From contig NC_092384.1 in the NCBI RefSeq assembly GCF_030028105.1, positions 3,701,665 to 3,765,664 on the forward strand: a stretch of DNA of 64,000 nucleotides, given 5' to 3'. The translations under genes were made by a program, and so were the position numbers. The notes under the pieces are model-generated. The model was not told where the DNA came from and made no database searches. It saw only the letters and a list, made by a program, of their open reading frames with translations. This document shows positions 60,846 to 64,000 of this stretch, one piece after another (the first letter of the stretch is position 1; each line of letters opens with the position of its first letter). This DNA comes from Mobula birostris (taxonomy: Eukaryota).

Positions 60846-63800
60846 GTAATTCTTACTCGGCGTGTCTTAGACAAATGTAACTAATAAATTAAACAGGTCG
60901 CGTTAGATATTGATAAAGTACAATAAGAGACTGCTTCTCCATCCACAGTAGTATTCTTCATTTCGGGTTTGAATAACCACTGTTTACTGTTGGTGGAACA
61001 GTGGAATCTCGGAAAGAACATGATGTTGAGTGCACGGTTGTTGCAGCAACGCCACTCTGCTAGCTGATATAGCTCGCTCTTGTACGCCCTCCCCTTTCCA
61101 TCAGAGATTCTGCCAGCAATTGTTATATCATTACCAAATATACGTTTGTCTTGGAAGCAGAGATTGGTAAAATAAGTAGCAGTATGTTTGTTCAGTATGG
61201 AGGACAGAACACATTAAATCACACAATTGAGCATTGTACAGATAATTAAGGAAATGTGACAAAAAGGTGGGTCCAAAGGATGTAAAAATAGAAATACTTG
61301 TTAAATTCAGAATTCCTAAATATTTAACAATTGTAACCCTCCTTGCGATTGCATATCCATGTTTAAAAGCCCGGGTCAGGGACTGTGAACAGAAGAAATA
61401 CCAGTCTAAGCTGTCATTGGGAAACGTGTAATTTCTTTTACTCATCGATGAAACCCGTAATTTCTGGTCATCATTGAACCATATATCTAAAGCAACTTTT
61501 ATTTTTAATTATGTCCCCTCTTTTCATCTTACATCTGAATTACCGCATCGAGCTAGATTGCAAATGACTAAAGCACTATATTGTCCAGAAAGGGGCTGTA
61601 TTATTCTTTTTGTTCCAACATCATTTTCAAGTCTTTCCCTCAACTCAGAGACGTTACCCTTAAAAAAAAAGAAAATCCTTCTTTATATTCAATACTGAGC
61701 TGCAGGGAATTTTCATCATTTTGTCATAACTTGTTGTAGCCTCAGAGACAAAGAAAAAACATAACGTCCAAAACAACAAACAAATAATGATCCGTGATTT
61801 TTTAAAAATAAATATTTCACCAGATTCATTTGAAATAATGGAAAATTGTATAATATGTTTGGCATGTTTGCTTTGTAAATTCTGTTCTGATTACAAGAGA
61901 ATCAAAGATTTTAGCTTTATCATTCCACTCTTACTGCAATCCCTGCCTAATTTTTTTTTTCTTGTTACCTATTCTTTTTCATTCCCTTGGTTTCCCCTGA
62001 TTCCAGCATGGTTCAATATGCTGACTTCCACAATCATGCGCTCTCAGTCCTCTCCGTCCATCAATCATTTCTTTTTTATTCGTTGACCTGTTGTAATGTT
62101 ATTTATTCCGGAATTATCCTTTTACTGCAACTTCTGGAGCCATGCAGAGCCTCTGATGAATTTCGTCCACAGAGCATCTAGGTATGCAGACTCGGGGTGT
62201 AGACCAGACAGCCGGGTAGGATCGGTGAATTATTCCCCAGTAAGGATGGAGTTGCGATTTGCAGTGTGTGGATACCTGTATATTTTCTTGAATTGGAAGC
62301 CTTTGCTCTACATAGGTTAGGGTTGTAGTGATGACGAAATATCACGGAATATTTTGAGATCTCGTCAAAACACAATCTTCCAGGCCTCTATCAAAGTTTC
62401 CCGCAACCTTTGTTTCAAACAATGCAATCACATGGTTATGCTCAGGCGACGCAGAACTTGCAGCGGGTTCAGGGAATTAGAACATAGGGGTAGAACGTTG
62501 TGCGTTAAATAAGTAGTAATTTACTCTGACACAACCAAAGAGAGGGGTCGAGTGTTTCGTCACTGGTGAGGGGTTGCAAGGGTTTGGTAGTCACTGAGTT
62601 CTGTTCTTGTCTGTGAATGTTACACCTGAACCCCGTCCGGTGAGGAAAATCGCGTACTGTCAGAGAGCAGCAAAATGAATGACGGAAGAAACAGTTTATT
62701 AAGGAAATAATGGAAAACCAAACAATAATAATTACAACACCTTATATTCCAAGGCATTATTGAAGGAATGACATTAAATGTCGCTAAATAACTTACCCCA
62801 GAACAAGCTCACTACGCTGTGCTTGGATCTTTCATTTTTTTGATCTAGTATTTTACTCTTATTATGGGCAACTGACAACTGGAAGTTTACTTTGAAATGA
62901 TTCCCGTCTGAACGAGGTCAGGACAATGACAAATTGCAATCACTTCTTTCTTGTAGTTGCTGAATATGACCTTGCTCTACGAACGCTTGTGCTTCTTCTT
63001 AATTCGGATATTTTTCTTCTTCATAACTAGATCCTGATAAACTCTGCCACGGACGGGCTCTAGAATGCCTGCGAAAGAAGGAGAGTTGAGCATAGGGCTA
63101 GCAAATCCACCCCGTACAAACGCAGAGTTACAGAAATATCGCCAGAGGCCCCAGAGACCATACTGCCGCGATAGCGTAGTGCTAGCGTGCTGCGATTTAG
63201 CTTGGGGCGTGCAAGAGTTCGGAGTTAGGTTTCAGTGCCGTCTCTAAGGAGTTTTCTATGTTCTCCGCATGTAAAACGTATGTTTTCCCCAAGTTCTTCG
63301 GTTTCTTCCCACAATCCAACGATGTTCCTGGTACATTAGTTGGTCATTGGAAATGGTCCTTGATTAGTTTAGGGTAAATCAGATTTGACGGGGGCCACTG
63401 AGGCTGACTCGAAGGGTCGGAATGAGATACTTCGTGCCGTATCGCTAATATATAAATCCCTTGGATCGGAGAGATCTTCGCTAAGAAGATGTATGATGGG
63501 ATACACCTGGTGAGAATTTGAAGGCCTGCCCCAAGACAGCGGACTTTAGCGATCTGAAAAAGAAAAGGAAAATCTTGCATATTGACAGACAGGAGAGAAC
63601 TTCAGGAAGCATTTTAACCGCTGCAATTGTAAGATTATTAAAATGTACGAAAATAGTTTGAATATTTTCACAGGAGTCGTAGATTTATACAACCTAGACG
63701 TACAATACTCAACCCAAATCTGACATGCCGAACAAACCCCAATATCCCTGACCACATTTTTTTTCAATTCGTTCGCACGTCTGAATGTTTTGTTTATGGC

Positions 63801-64000
63801 ATTTTCATTTTATCACGCTTCTTCAGCTTCCTTGTGCATGCCTTTACATGTACCTACTACCAAGTGAGCAGAAAAAGGTACCTTTTAAGTTCAATTTAAA
63901 CCTACGCCCATTCATTTTAAGTCCATCCCTCCAGTTGCAGGCACAGAGAATCTGGGAAGAAGACGCTGATTATCCACGTTATCTAGGCCCTTATAACTTC
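60846..64000 (+). repeat. Paralog of the gene 1 V-C1 intron (234 to about 5400)
   Basis: Colinear matches: 60846-61025 with 234-420, 61140 onward with 2795 onward, 62520-62712 with 4190-4382, and 63880-64000 with 5285-5403. Confidence 0.9.
63165..63450 (+). mobile_element. Decayed tRNA-derived SINE (V-SINE/HE1-like)
   Basis: A/B-box-like head, then GGAGTTTTCTATGTTCTCCGCATGT and TTCCCACAATCCAACGATGT core. It is absent from the paralogous 4750-4950. Confidence 0.65.

Overview
Eukaryotic vertebrate genomic DNA. The repeat landscape (CR1, Rex/Babar, Penelope-like, V-SINE, Tc1, Gypsy) suggests a cartilaginous fish, which is an inference. Most of the window is decayed transposable elements, but hidden among them, all on the + strand, is a tandem cluster of non-rearranging Ig-superfamily receptor genes. 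Gene 1 was assembled by hand from phase-compatible GT/AG exons: a germline-joined VJ-type domain (exon ends at 233, begins upstream of the window), a C1-set domain (7531-7809), an uncharged TM (9002-9112), a short Tyr exon (9602-9645) and an ITIM-like terminal exon (18261-18377). A second intact pair of cytoplasmic exons (35546-35589, 37297-37413) has no visible V/C1/TM of its own. Near the end, two complete promoter-leader-V cassettes lie in tandem (57519-58143, 60221-60845), produced by a 2.7-kb duplication with a 4-bp microhomology junction. They are followed by an intron paralogous to 234-5400, so the next C1 exon probably lies just beyond the window. The V domains carry the NKp30-type GNGT J-like motif but are joined to C1 and an inhibitory-type tail. 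The longest ORFs in the track (29.3-31.7 kb) are artefacts of a 37-bp minisatellite inside a solo LTR. There is one assembly gap (27466-27595). Repeat boundaries are approximate unless a TSD is given.
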